Assembly: GCA_964304625.1 (NCBI GenBank)
Contig: OZ199840.1
Location: 6,761,252-6,825,251, forward strand
DNA length: 64,000 nucleotides
Direction: 5' to 3'
Source: Kudoa neothunni
Lineage: Eukaryota; Animalia; Cnidaria
Of the stretch, positions 39,561 through 53,059 are shown piece by piece. Every line of letters begins with the position of its first letter. The first letter of the stretch is position 1. Below the pieces are notes generated by a model, which made no database searches, had not been told where the DNA came from, and saw only the letters and a list, made by a program, of their open reading frames with translations. Position numbers and translations under genes: made by a program.

Positions 39561-41526
39561 CATCAGGGGTTGGAAACAATTAATTGATTAAAGTTAGATG
39601 ATTAATTGCAATTATCATAATTTTGATTAATACACTATAATGAAAATTATTCTTTATTATATTTGTTTTCATCGTTGAATCCATTCATCTGTGATATAAA
39701 TGTTGCAGTAACGTCTTTAATGATTTATAATTCGCCGATTTTCATGCATGTTTAAGTTGTGATCTACATCCATTTGTCTTAATTCTCTAAACCAGGGGTA
39801 AATTCACAATTTGAAGATAAATTTTAAATATCAGGGAGTAAATTACGTAACATCCAAATTGGGTAGAGGTAAGGGCGATTGTTGCAGAATGAGGTTTGTG
39901 AAGTACCTAAGGAAATCTATTATTCACGTCTATTAAACCCAATAACAAGTTGGTAGATATTCTTAAAATATTTTTAGGAATAAATATATAACAAATGTTT
40001 ATAAAACTATAGACAGTCTCCTTCTATGGCTCATTTATTTATTTAGTGATGTAACCTAATAATAATAATACTTAAAGTTGCAATCTGCGTGATAAATACT
40101 TAAAACTTGTGACACTTAAATATTATTTACCGTGCCAATAGTCACTTCCATTTTTAATCTCATCAACTCCCACTCACAAGTTGTCTATAGATATAATTTT
40201 TATATTTTGCTAAGTTAAATTATTCCCGACCAATTCTTTTGATCTTTAGGACCAGAAATAAGAAAAAATAGTCAAAATTAGTGATGCCTGAGTATTATTT
40301 ACTATGCAAAGAGCCTCTTGAAGTGTTATTACAAGGCTACATTTCTAAAAAATAAACAAGGCCTAAAGAAAGTGAATGATATTAACTTTAGATATAGTTG
40401 TTAACTACTCATTCCAGAAAACGTTTAAAGCATTTCTAACAACTTCTTATTGAGTTTAATAGCCCTAAATAGAATTCCTCAGGCATCCTAAACGTCACAA
40501 GCCGTATCATGCAAAAATTGTCCCTGTCTAATTTTTGTGCCACTTAACTTACCCCTGTGATTTAAAATTTATCCCGGTTGAGAATGTCTGCCTCAGAGGG
40601 TTAATAAAACCTTCCCTCAAATGACTGCTCTGCGTAGAATGAATAGGGCAACATGATGATGCATATCGCTAGTAAATATTCGTATGTATGAGGAGAAATA
40701 TTAGAAAATAAGGTAAAGAATCAAATTCGAGAATAATAAAGTCTTTCACTCTAACTGCAGAGATACATCATAAATCTTTTATATTCATTCAACTTAATTG
40801 GAATTTCACCCCCTTTACAAAATGTACACAAATTAAGTATATGGAGATTAAGTTTAGCATTAATTAGCTAATGAACAGATCTTTTCTTGATAAAATATAT
40901 GGAAGATTAAAATAAGACTATGCTTCATTTTCTATCGACAACAATTGATGAACGCAATAATTATCAAATTAAAATGTATGGAGCTTAATCTGAAAAATGT
41001 GACAATGGATCAAGGTAGGAGTTGATTTTCGGCTTCAGCTTTTTAATGAGTATAAAATATATCTTGACTTAATTATATATAGATTAATTCGAAATTTTTG
41101 TTTTTTCAGCATTTTTTACAATTTTATGGCCGCCGAAACTGACACGTCACTTTTTTAAATTATTTGGTGCTTTAGGGGCAAGTAACTGTTATTGAAAGCC
41201 TCCAATCTCACTCCTAACGTGCTATTATGAGAGTCTCTACAACAAGTTGCATATAAATTTGAATGTTTTCTTAAATCACGAATGAGCATTGCTCCGCGTG
41301 ATGCTGCGCGTCATAATCGAGAGCCAACAGAAACCAGTCAGTTGGGATACAACATATTTGCTCGTCAGAATTGGTTAATTTTGACGTAACATTCATAAAA
41401 TAAATCGTGAAACTATTTTTAATTTTTTATTGGTTTAGATTGCCACTTTGACCCATAAAAGTCTAATTATCCTCAGATTGCAATTATTATTGGGAAAGTG
41501 TACGCATCGTGAACTCCTGCATAAAA

Positions 41527-44500
41527 ATGTCTAATACGGTGCTGAATATATTGGATGTTGAAGTGCGTTTTCCATTCTCACCTTACGACTGCCAAAAGTT
41601 GTATATGAAAAAGGTGATTGAAGCATTAAAAGCTAGGGAAAATGCGATTCTGGAAAGTCCGACAGGAACAGGAAAAACTTTGAGTTTGTTATGTTCTATA
41701 TTATCATGGAGAGAGCATTTGTTTTCTCTTGGTTCGGATTCTAATAAAGTATTTTGGACTGTGGTCGTTCATGTTTATTTTGATTATATTCATCAGAGAA
41801 ACCCACAATTTAAGGTACCAAAAGTGGTGTATGCTTCAAGAACCCATCACCAATTAAATCAGGTATCTAGTTATTTCATGGCATATGAGATCAATTTGGT
41901 GTATAATGAGCAGTGGTTTGGCATGAACTTTGCCACAGTTATTGTTTACATAGAATAATTATGTGAGTAGGTGAGATATTTCTTCTTTATAGAAGAGTTA
42001 AAATAGTATTAGACTAGTATCATGATTTATTGTTTATATTGACTAATTTTTAATGATTAGGTTGTTAAAGAGTTGAGGAAAACCTCGTACCAAGTGAACA
42101 CCAGCGTGATGTCAAGTAGGGACAATCTTTGTGTGAATCCCAGCGTAATTCAAGCTGGAACAGGAATGAAACGTATACAAGCATGTAAAACATCAATAAA
42201 ACGAAATCAATGTGAATACTTTACCAAAACTAAGGACAAGAGCGGGCTGAAAAGTTGCGCCTCACAGTTGTCGTCAACGTTCGTTTTCGACATAGAAGAC
42301 TTGGTTTCATTGGGCCACCAATACACCACATGTCCATATTTTTTGACTAGAGATTTGGACTCTAAGTTGGATTTCTTTTTAATGCCTTACAATTATCTTA
42401 TCAATAATGGGAGTCATAGTGTAGACAGCGATCTAAGAACCATTGAGGAACTTATCGATGGTAACATAGTGGTATTTGACGAAGCACATAATATAGAGAA
42501 GTTTTGTGAGGATGCTCTATCAACAGCAATAGATTCATACCAACTAACGAAATGTTTAATTGAAATAGAGTGGATATTGAAAACGAAATTTGATCTAGCC
42601 ATCGAATACAATGCTATTATGGAACTGGAAAAAGTGGTGCAACTATTACACACTCATTTTGTGTTAGTGGGCTCAAACTTAGCTTCTGTCTCTTCAACGG
42701 CGTCAAAACAATCACTTACAAACACTGACCCACTCAACAGCAACAACAATGATAATTCCATTATTGAAACATGCGAATATTTTTTTGAAAATATTCTAAA
42801 ACCATCTACTATCCATCTGAACAACTTTGACTTAATCATCCATCACATTGATATGTGCATCAGTTATTTGTTATCATATGGAGGTAAGCACCACACAGAA
42901 GAGTTTAGTTTGCATAAGCTACGTAGTTTTTTACAGACCATCGCCTGTTCGACCAATTACATTACAAATGCCAACAACCACTCTTCTAATAACAGTCGAT
43001 ATTTGCATAAAAATTCAAAGTCTCTTAATGTGAATTACAAAAAGTTGAATGATACTTTTTATATTTGTTTTTCAATGTTGAAAAAATCAACACAGAACAT
43101 TTCAGATTCTATTATCGGTGTGCAATATTGGTGTTTCACCTCAAGTATTGCAATGAACGCCTTCAACAAAGCTTACAGTGTTATACTGACAAGTGGCACG
43201 CTGGCACCATTTGATATGTTGTTAAAGGAGGTGCTGTTACCATTCCCTATCCAACTTGAAAATACCCATATTCTTAAAGATAACAATTTATCCGTGAATA
43301 TCTTGTCTCGTGCATTGGATGATAAGACTCCTCTTTTATTCACCTACACTAACCGGCAGGATGCTAACTTGATTACCAAGTTTGGCCAATCATTGGTTCT
43401 TCTAGCTGAGAGAATACCTGATGGAATTTTGGTGTTTTTTCCGTCGTATAATTTGCTGGAAACTTTTTTTAGAATGTGGGAAAAAAGTGGCATCGTTAGA
43501 CATCTATCTAAAACGAAACATATTGTTATGGAATCCAAAGATAAATCTGAATCCAAAGATTGCGTTAAACAACATCATGATAATCTCGAGAAAAGTTCTC
43601 ATTCCCAGAAACTTAATGGGAGTGTGCTTATTGGGGTTTTCAGAGGGAAGATTAATGAAGGTGTCAACTTCACCGATAGAGCATGTAGAGCGGTTGTCGT
43701 GGTGGGACTACCATATCCACCACAGAACGATCCTAAAATTGCGTTAAAGAGGAAATCGGTCGAGAATCAAAACAGCGAATACGGCAAGTTATGGTATCAA
43801 TATCAAGCAATGCGTGCTGTGAATCAGGCCATTGGGAGGGTGATTCGGCACAAAGATGATTTTGGTATGATCTTCCTTATGGATGAACGTTTTCGTTACG
43901 ATTCAAACCGTAAATGCTTACCTGTATGGATTCAAAAGCACATAAACAACGTCAAAACTTTTGAGTCACTTCTTAAAGAGACTTATACATTCTTTAAGAG
44001 TCACAATCTATTCCATTCGACTAGTGAAAGATTCACCCCCATTGGTTACTTTCTCGAAGGTATGAAAGCCACTGATGAAAATGCAACTCCGAAATATCAA
44101 AAAAGTTCTGTCAAATTCAGGAATGAAGTGATTTCCCCAATTGAATGCATTCCCGCCGTGAATATCGGATCCGCTATGAAACGCCTAAAGCAGGTGGAAA
44201 ATGATCAATTAATATTCAAGCGCTCAACCACTCAACCTTCTACCAGTAGTCTACGTGAACTGTTGACGAATAGGTCCACTCAATCTTATCCTAAATCTAC
44301 AATTTCCACGGTTGAAAACTGCCGTTTGTTATCATACGCTGGGAAAAATTCCAAAACTGGTCAAAATCAATCAAGTTTTAATGACAATAAAACTTTCTCC
44401 CAGGAACAACAAAATATGTTGAAATTATTAAAATTATTCGTTGATGATTCAGCAGTCAACTCGTTTAAATCGTCTTGTTTGCAATATTATGCAAATAAAG

Positions 44501-44628
44501 AGATCAGTACCTTTATTGACACAACTTCAAAATTATTACCATCAGATGTGCTACAGAAACTGAAACTGTTTATTCTACCTGAGCATCAGTTCATATTTGA
44601 TGTTTATTTATCAAGCGTAAACCAATAA
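41527..44628 (+). CDS. RTEL1: Regulator of telomere elongation helicase 1 (Fe-S XPD-family helicase, 951 aa); exons 41527-41748, 41797-41862, 42061-44628
   Basis: [31 protein letters not shown], four Fe-S Cys, [28 protein letters not shown]; C-terminal harmonin-N-like helical domain (..[11 protein letters not shown]) favours RTEL1 over FANCJ. Confidence 0.9.
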
Positions 44629-45894
44629 ACACCTCCCATATTTTGATCCGACAATTTTTGTATAGATATTGTTATTTTGGCTGTATTTTTTGCTAATGTA
44701 CTTGCCACGTATGCTCGCATAGTGGTCTTATGTATGTAGAGGTACAGGGTGATTTTCGATCTGCTTTTTGTGATTCTTTTACAAATCATTTCCTAAAATT
44801 AGATTTTATTGAAAAAGTAACTACAGTAAAGCCATAATTTTTAAGCTGTATCTTTCATGCGAGGTTTAAAATTAAAATGTTGCGAATACATGTATAAGAT
44901 TCACGATTTGCATGACATTAAGAATTTTAATTAATTTTTTATTGCAACATTCTTTTGGCTGTGTAATTTTGTGTAAAGTATCTCTTGAAAAATGCGATTT
45001 GTTGGCTCCATGAAGTTACTGCGTTAAGCGAACCAGCATATTTTTATTTGTTTTATTTTACGCACGTTTCATATGATTTATTCGAAAAAACTATTTATTA
45101 TTAAATTTTTATAAATTTGGCTATAATTTATTTTGTAGCATTTTTTGATACTGAATTAAACAAAATTATTCCATAAAGAGAGAGCTATTTCAACATTCAA
45201 CTGCTTTGCATAGAAAGCGCCCATAAAAATTTGTCTGAATAATCTCTATCTATTTTCTAAAATAACTTTTTATTTATAAAACGGCGTAATCTCAAAACAA
45301 TCAATAAAATGTATAGATTAAGATGAATTTAAAAAATTCTTGAGAATCTGGGTTAGTTGACGGATGGAATTTATTACGCGTGCTAAAACTAACTTACACG
45401 ACTGAGAGCCCGTTCATCTTCTTACAAATACACAACAGCTAGTCAGAAAATCAGTATTTTTAAGCTTTTGTACTTTATAAAGCTTTACATTTATCGAAAA
45501 TACATTATAATAGGTCTGACCTTATTCAGAAGGTATGGAAATATTCTTGAGATGCCGTGATCTTTTGAATTAAAGATACTTTATTGAATTTGACAATTTT
45601 GCCGTCGCGCTGTTTTGTAACTCCTTAGCGTGTCATATTACCAAATGATTATAAAACAAAAGCTGAACAATAAGAATTGGAAATTAACGAATACATAATT
45701 GGTTAATAGATAATAAATCCAATTTTCTACGTAACCTTGTCAACCTTAATGATGCCGTATGACATGGTTTTAAATTGATCGCATGATTTCTATTTCTTTG
45801 TTAAACCCATCGGTTAAATATTTCATGCACAAATATGATGTAATAATACTTTTATTAATGTTGAAGAATTTTCTATTATTACATGGGTTTCATA

Positions 45895-47147
45895 CAGTAG
45901 TGTATGGGTCGTACGCAATTTTTAAAATTTTACTTGTCTAATATTTATTTCGTTTATATTCAAATTCAAATTGATAGTTCAATACGAAATAGATCATTTG
46001 TCGATAAATAATTGGTTTTCAACAAAATATTAGGATTGAAAACTTACTATATGGATCTAAAGCAAAAATGGCTCGGGCGTGGCGCTTAATCTGAACTTTG
46101 CAAAAAATGAATGGAGCATCAGTTTTTGCGAAACAAAACCACTTTACACTACCAAAAAACTCTAAATTATAAGTTTTTACGAGTTCATATCATAAAAAAG
46201 GTGCCAAGTTCCAAGCGATGGAAAAATTTCCCCATAAAAATGAACGATAATAAAAAGGTCTAAATGCCCAGTTCCATTTTTGTATCTTTTCTTGAAAAAT
46301 AGAATAGGAAACTCACTATTCCTAAGAGAAAAAATGTTATTATCTCTCGATTATTTATAAACCCACCAAACAAATATTTGTCTATTATAACATTGCTACT
46401 TTTCTTCGAACACAACCTGTGTGCTTCAGCCACTGGATCATGGAATTGTTAAAGTTTTAAAATGATGCACGAAAGAAATCTAATTGCGTCGATTATACAG
46501 CAGATCGAATTTCAGAATGGTGGCTACATTGTAACTAACGTCTTAGATGTTATTCACTTGACAATAAAATTACGAGAATATATTAAAACGGAAACCATAG
46601 TTAACTGCTTCAGGAAATCAATTGTCCTCTCTGAAAGTCCACTAAATAATGATTCCCATGATGTTCCTGATGATGATCAATTTAGACATGGCACAACTAA
46701 GCTGGTTGAATAATCGAAATCATTAGAATTAACAAATACTATTGATGAAACTCTTGAAAGCAGCACAGTCGACACCTCTGAAGTTTTGACACCAGATTTT
46801 CCTTATTTTGACATGATTGATGACGACTCCGATTAAATTGATAAGGTTATTATATCAAAACAGGAGTAACTAAACTAATTTGCAAAAGTTAGAAATCTCT
46901 TTCTAAATATAACGTTGTCAATGTTTGACAATATAAACCGAACTTAAATGGCTGACTCAATATTTGAACAATTTTTTCAGAACAACAAATATAGAACGAT
47001 ATTTTAATAACAAAAGATATACAAGTTAATTTTTGTTTCAAATTAAATTATTATTGATTGAAAACTGTCACTTTTCTCTTAACGCATGCGCTATTCGAAT
47101 GTGCCCAGCGCAAAAATGGGGGAAAATCTTATAATTGAAACTGACTG
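45895..47147 (+). mobile_element. Highly degenerate pogo/Tigger remnant
   Basis: TA|cagtagtg start; TTCVLQPLDHGIV and ETIVNCFRKS fragments; right end uncertain. Confidence 0.65.
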
Positions 47148-48050
47148 ATCTTGGATCATTGTGTTGGTATAAAAAATGTATTTACTTATAATTATTCATT
47201 AAATTTACAGAAATAACAATAAATTACGAGTATATCGTATTTGTCGAAAGTAAGGACAAAAAAATTAGTGATACCACATTCTTATATTTTATATTTAATA
47301 ATTTTCTATAAAATAACATTACTAAAGTGTATATTAAAACATAAAATTATTATGAAAATTCAAATATGTTTTTTCTCGTTTAGATTATTTTTTAAACTGT
47401 AAATGTGATTCATTATCATACCTGATTATTTCTCCTTATTTTTACGTTACTCAACAATATTCCACCCATAAAAATTATTGTGCACACGATCATAAAATAT
47501 TTTGTACAAGAACTAATAGAAGTTGCAAATAATGTGTGATAAATACAGTTAAGAAAAAAAAGTTGTGAAAATATATTGGTTTTTGTTGAACTCATAATTA
47601 ATATTTGTTATGCATTTCAATTATATTGCACGCCAAAGTGGGGGCCATTAAAGCTTAAAATTTACCGATATTACGCAGCTACATGAAATTATATATCTTA
47701 AAACTCCTTGTAAAAAATATTGTTGCATTTCTATCATAAAAAAATAACACTATACAAGAAGTTTTAATTCTTCTTCCAATTAAATAATTCTACAACTCAC
47801 ATATAATTAAAAGAGAAAATTGAAAAGGGGGAAAAATAATTCCAGACTATATAATTATCGAGTAAGTTTAATTAAGAATCTTACTAAATATTAATATTTT
47901 TGTTTTCTATGAAAAATGATTTAAAATATACCAAAGATATAATATTAAAAATAAAAGATCACAAGAAGAATCCATAAGTGTGAATGTTGAATCTGAGATC
48001 TAGTAGTCAAATAATAACTAAAATTTCATGAAAAATTGTGATTATTAATA

Positions 48051-48604
48051 CAGTCGGTAATCGATTATGTATACTTGTTTCCAGGCACTCTGGTGATCAA
48101 TGTAGCATTAATCGTAGAAAAATTAGAAACTTCGCGATAAGCGAAGATAAAAATACAACAGCATTAGAAAGAAAATACAAAATAATAAAATACTTCGAAA
48201 ATCTTCCTTAAATAAGCGTTAAGATAGTTACTGTGAGGCATTTCAACATATCAAATATAGTAGTGCTAAATGGCCAACTCGAAAAAATAACTAAATTTTC
48301 TCTCTAATTTAAAAAAGTTTAGATCGTTTCCGATCATTGTTAGTATTGTAAATTGATTTGTGTATGTCATAGCGGGTCAAGGATATCACACAAACCAAAA
48401 TTATTGATTTTTTGTCTGTTGTAGAATTTATATTCGTTTGTATTATTTTAATATAAAAAACATCAATTTTTCTTCTAAATTCCAAAAAAGAGGATATACA
48501 AGTATTACGTGCATGCGAAAAAAGTTGTGTATAATCGAGCCAGAACCGATTTTATACATTTTTCCATGGTCGGGGAGGGATTATGCAAAATCGATTATCT
48601 ACCG
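48051..48604 (+). mobile_element. Internally deleted pogo derivative (554 bp)
   Basis: Imperfect TIRs cagtcggtaatcgattatgtata / cggtagataatcgattttgcata, TA flanks; retains ALERKYKIIKYFENLP N-terminal coding remnant. Confidence 0.7.
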
Positions 48605-49639
48605 TATAACTAAGACTGATATCTTTTGTGATTACATCTAGAGTCATTCGGTTGGATTGGATTCAAAAATACCGCATCATAGGATCAAATGCCTAAAAGT
48701 ATAGAATGGCTTTCTCAGGTTGACCTCACATATTTTCGTATATATGATGTGAGGAAATTGCCTCTTACTGTATTACAGTAACAAGGAAGTATAATAACCT
48801 TAACCGCTTTAAGTATGTATTAAAAACTTTTGATTTTTCTTCATAAGAAAATTAATTGTGGAAATATTAATTTTTTTAAATGGCTCTACGATATTTGAAC
48901 TAAAAATTTAATCAGAAAAATATATTAGCTAATTATTCTTGTTCAATGAGCTGCACATTCTAAGGTAAATTGAAACATATAATTTTTAAAACGAAGTCAA
49001 CAAATTATAAGGATATTTATGAGATTCATTACTTAAAGTCAACAACATCGATAATGCTTTATCGAATACTCAACAACGTATCTACCATAGATATTCACAA
49101 ATTTTATAATTATACTTCTTTGTAGATATCTTAAAATTAATTAATTCTAAAAAAAGTAGAAAACCAACAATTGATTATTTAAAATTAAATAAATATAATA
49201 ATATTTTCGTTATCTGATATTGTTTGCAAACGTGCATGTGATATGCAGCTATTAAATACGTTATTTCTATTGCACACCGTTTTCCCAGCCACCCAAAAAT
49301 GTGAAATAAACCTTTATGACCGTATATTTTTTAAAACTACAACAAATTGATTAATCCGTTATTTTAATCCGTTTATATTAATAGGTATTGTACAAAAATG
49401 TAACATAACAAATAATTGGCAAATAAATGTTTTTTATCCTAAAATACAAATAAGAAAATTATAATCTAATGATCATCATTTAATACCTACAAGTAACTAA
49501 AAAACAATGGAGTAGTTATTTTATACACAAATGCTCAATATTTAACTTTTCAGTTAAAATTAGGCTGATTTTTTGTTTTAAATCGATAAATTCATTAAAA
49601 ACTAACATATAACAACTAAAATCATTTAAGATTATTCTA

Positions 49640-50931
49640 CAGTGGGTGACGGGCAATATGTAATCACTTCGGGATCAGAGAAAAAGTGCGAATTAGCCAG
49701 CAATGAGGGGTAATACACACTTTTTGTAACGCATGCGTATATTCAAAATTCAATTATTTTTTGATTATTATTGTTGTTATAATTTACTATAGAGAACATC
49801 TATTAATTTAACTTGTTTGTCACACTCCATGTATATGTTATACAAATCTTCTTCTAAGTTTTATGTGTACTTTTAGTAATAAATAGAATCATGTTTTGTT
49901 TTAAATCCCTCTATACATTTGAGACATTTAAATGGTTTTTGTGATTTAGATATGTATTAATCAACTGGTTCTAAATAGGATGTACTAATGTCTCTTGGAT
50001 AATTGGAAAATTTAGTTATTTTTTTCATTGCCTTTGTTTTGATACGTAATATTTTTTAAGTGATACTTCAATTATGTTTTAAGTGGTTGAAATTCGTCCT
50101 GTTCAGCCAAAAAGATTACTTTCGCTACTTTTAATATTTTCTGTATAGAAAATTGCAACAAAATTGAATCATGATTTGTCTTAATTAAATTCAACCTCAT
50201 CTCGAGTTTATAAATTTTCAGAGTTATTTTTAGGTGTAAATTCACCAACGATTTTCGGATCACTATGAAAGTTTAACCTACTCAGATTAAACTGTTCTTT
50301 AAAACCTTAAAACCAACCATAGCTAACATCATAGACACCTTACGTAATTTTCTCCACAATTTCATTACGTTTAAAAATAATTTCCTATGAGGAATAACTC
50401 TGAAATATTTGACCTTATTCAAGTAATCCGTTCGCAGATTTTCCGTCAGATTCATCGTTTTTTCAGTTGTTGAATATTTACAATTCCATTTTCATATAAT
50501 TCCATAATTTGTAATTTCATGGATAGGTTACTATTTAAAATTAATATAAAAATAACAACATATTTTGGTAATAGTGTGGCTTTAAGTTTTTTATATTAAC
50601 CTCAATTGTTTTATTGCTCTGTATTTTTTATTTATTATAAGCATATTATGAAGATTTATATCAACCGTACATACAAATCAAATCATACCTGCGCGCGTTT
50701 TTGAAGTCAATTTCAGGGAAAATGGTGCGCATTACCCAACAATACGTTTAAATTACAATATTTTATTGATTTTTGTTGTTTGAAAATTATTTTTCAGGTG
50801 TAAAATCTCAACCAAATTAAGTTTATAAACGTCAACTTAAGTAATGTGTTCAACAAGTAGTAAGTAGTAAATTCTATATGAAAGAGCGAAAGTACGTATT
50901 AGCCGAAATGCTTATTACCCGTCACCCACTG
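49640..50931 (-). mobile_element. Internally deleted pogo derivative (1292 bp)
   Basis: 19-bp TIR cagtgggtgacgggyaata, TA at both flanks; CENP-B remnant SYGWF*GFKEQFNL on the minus strand. Confidence 0.85.
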
Positions 50932-51122
50932 TATTACATTAATTGAGGTAGGCTTATCACGGATCTAAAAAAAATTGTATAACGAATTATATTAACCAAC
51001 ATAAAATTTTCACTTTTGAAATATGAAATTATTAAATCAATATTTTAAACTTACGATCGATCGTTTTATTTTTATTCACAGATAATTATGATACGTGAGA
51101 TCGAACTCATTACATTCATATA

Positions 51123-52655
51123 CAGTATTTCAAGATCTAAATGCAACCCATAAGCGTGGACGTATAATTTTCATACAGGAACTAAAAAACTTATATTTTA
51201 ATTGATAATTATATAATTTAAGCGCCGATCACACGCTACATCTCATAAAATAAACTATTAGAATTTAATTAAGTTGAATTACTACGCTCGCCTTACAAAC
51301 TAGTTATAAGCTATCGTTAATGCGTCGATGCCATCATTTAAATAATGATTCCTATTTATAACTAAAGATGAATTCTGAAGATTAATCTCAATTAAATAGG
51401 AAATTGCATGACATTTAACTTTAATTTTTGTAAATTCAGCGCACGCTAAGTTAAAATGTCAGCACTTGGCAATAACCAACAAAACAACAACCTTCCTAAA
51501 AGAAAATACATTACTCTCAGTGATGAAATTAGGAATCTTGTTGTCACGTTATCGAAAGCAATTATTTTGTTGCCTTTCTTAGTTTACATTTATTAGGAAA
51601 ATTATACAAACAGTTTTATTGCCGAAAAAACGGGCGTTCATAAATCCACCATTGGAAGAATATTGCGCAAAAGCTTAGAAAATGGGGCTGAAATAGCGGC
51701 AAAAAAGGATGACGACAGAAGATCGAAATTGGATGAATCTCACAAACAATATATTCGTGAATTAGTGGATGACGATTGCACCGTTACCTTGGAAACAATC
51801 GCTAAAAAACTTCTGGACGAATTTAATATCGAAGTAACCAGACAAACTGTAAGTAAATGCTTATGTGATTTTCGTTATACCTTGAAACGGATTTCGATCG
51901 TCCCGTTAGCTAGAAATTCGCCAAATAACATAATAAAGAGAAAAAAGTTATTATTTAAGTTATGATGTTTATTTACATCAAATAGTTATGTGCTTGAGTA
52001 TTTACAAAATAAGCCCATGTATTCATCAGTGATTTTCATTGATGAAGGGGGGATTTTCATCATCCATGCGGCAATCATTTGGGCGGTCACTCTCTGGAAC
52101 AAGAGCGAATCTCAAAGTAAAGAGCGTACGCTCAAAAAATATAACCTTAATAGCTGCCATAAGTGATGAAAAGGTTTGGAGTTTCCATTTGGAAAGTGGA
52201 TCCGTTAACCAAAATATATTTTATAATTTCATCAGCAAGTTATTTGATGATCTAGCTCTAGCTAACGAGGGGGTCGAACGTGTTCTCCTCATAATGGATA
52301 ATGTTCGGTTCCATAAAACGAATACCATAACTGGGCTTGTAGAGTCAAGCAATCACAAACTGTTGTTTTTTCCGCCCTATTCCCCCTTCCTCAATCCTAT
52401 TGAGGAGTTTTTTCACCAAATGAAAACCATCGTGAGAAACAGATATCCTCAAAATCATGAACAATTGATGTCCGCTATTATGGAGAGCCCAGCGGAAGTT
52501 TCTGTTAATCATTTGAATAATTATTCAAATCATGCTGAATCATATTTCCCAAAGTGTATAAATATGGAGATTATCAATAATTAGTTTAAATATCCAACGA
52601 AAGAAAAATGTTGCATTTTGGTTTTACCTAGTTGCATTTAGATCTTGAAATACTG
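51123..52655 (+). mobile_element. IS630/Tc1-type transposon, full length (1533 bp), TA TSD
   Basis: Perfect 25-bp TIR cagtatttcaagatctaaatgcaac; TA at 51121-51122 and 52656-52657. Confidence 0.96.
51456..52584 (+). CDS. DD34E transposase, 3 exons (51456-51557, 51597-51946, 51986-52584); one extra G in G6 run 52047-52052
   Basis: HTH (IAEKTGVHKSTIGRI), IFIDE, IMDNVRFH, PPYSPFLNPIEE (34 residues between D and E); 39-nt introns (GC-AG and GT-AG); 349 aa after removing one G. Confidence 0.85.
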
Positions 52656-53059
52656 TAATAAACGTCCATAGACTCCATCACATCATACTTAATTACATTT
52701 AAACTAAAAAATTTTTCCATTTAGCTCAAGTGAATTATTCTTTCCTCGGAGTTACGTCAATTATTATCGTTTTATGAGTTCTCACGCAATTAAAGATTAA
52801 ACTGGTATAAATGCGAAAAGTAGTCGATCTACTTAAAAATCAAAAACCTAATAAAATGTAAGTTTAAAAAATATGAAAAGAATACAATATATAATCATAA
52901 TTTGTAATATATAATTTTTTTAATGACTTACTGTTCTACTCCAATAAATTATGCGCAAATAAATGTGGGTACGTCGCGATAAAAGCAAATTACTAAAAAC
53001 GCTAGACGTTCTAAAAATCGTTAATTTCTCTTTAAGATACAAAAAAGTATTTATATTAA

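Noticed and set aside
51941-51947. A_AAA_AAG as a bacterial IS630-style programmed -1 frameshift
   Set aside because: A GT-AG intron starting at 51947 restores the frame and is conserved in the copy at 62257, which lacks the slippery motif
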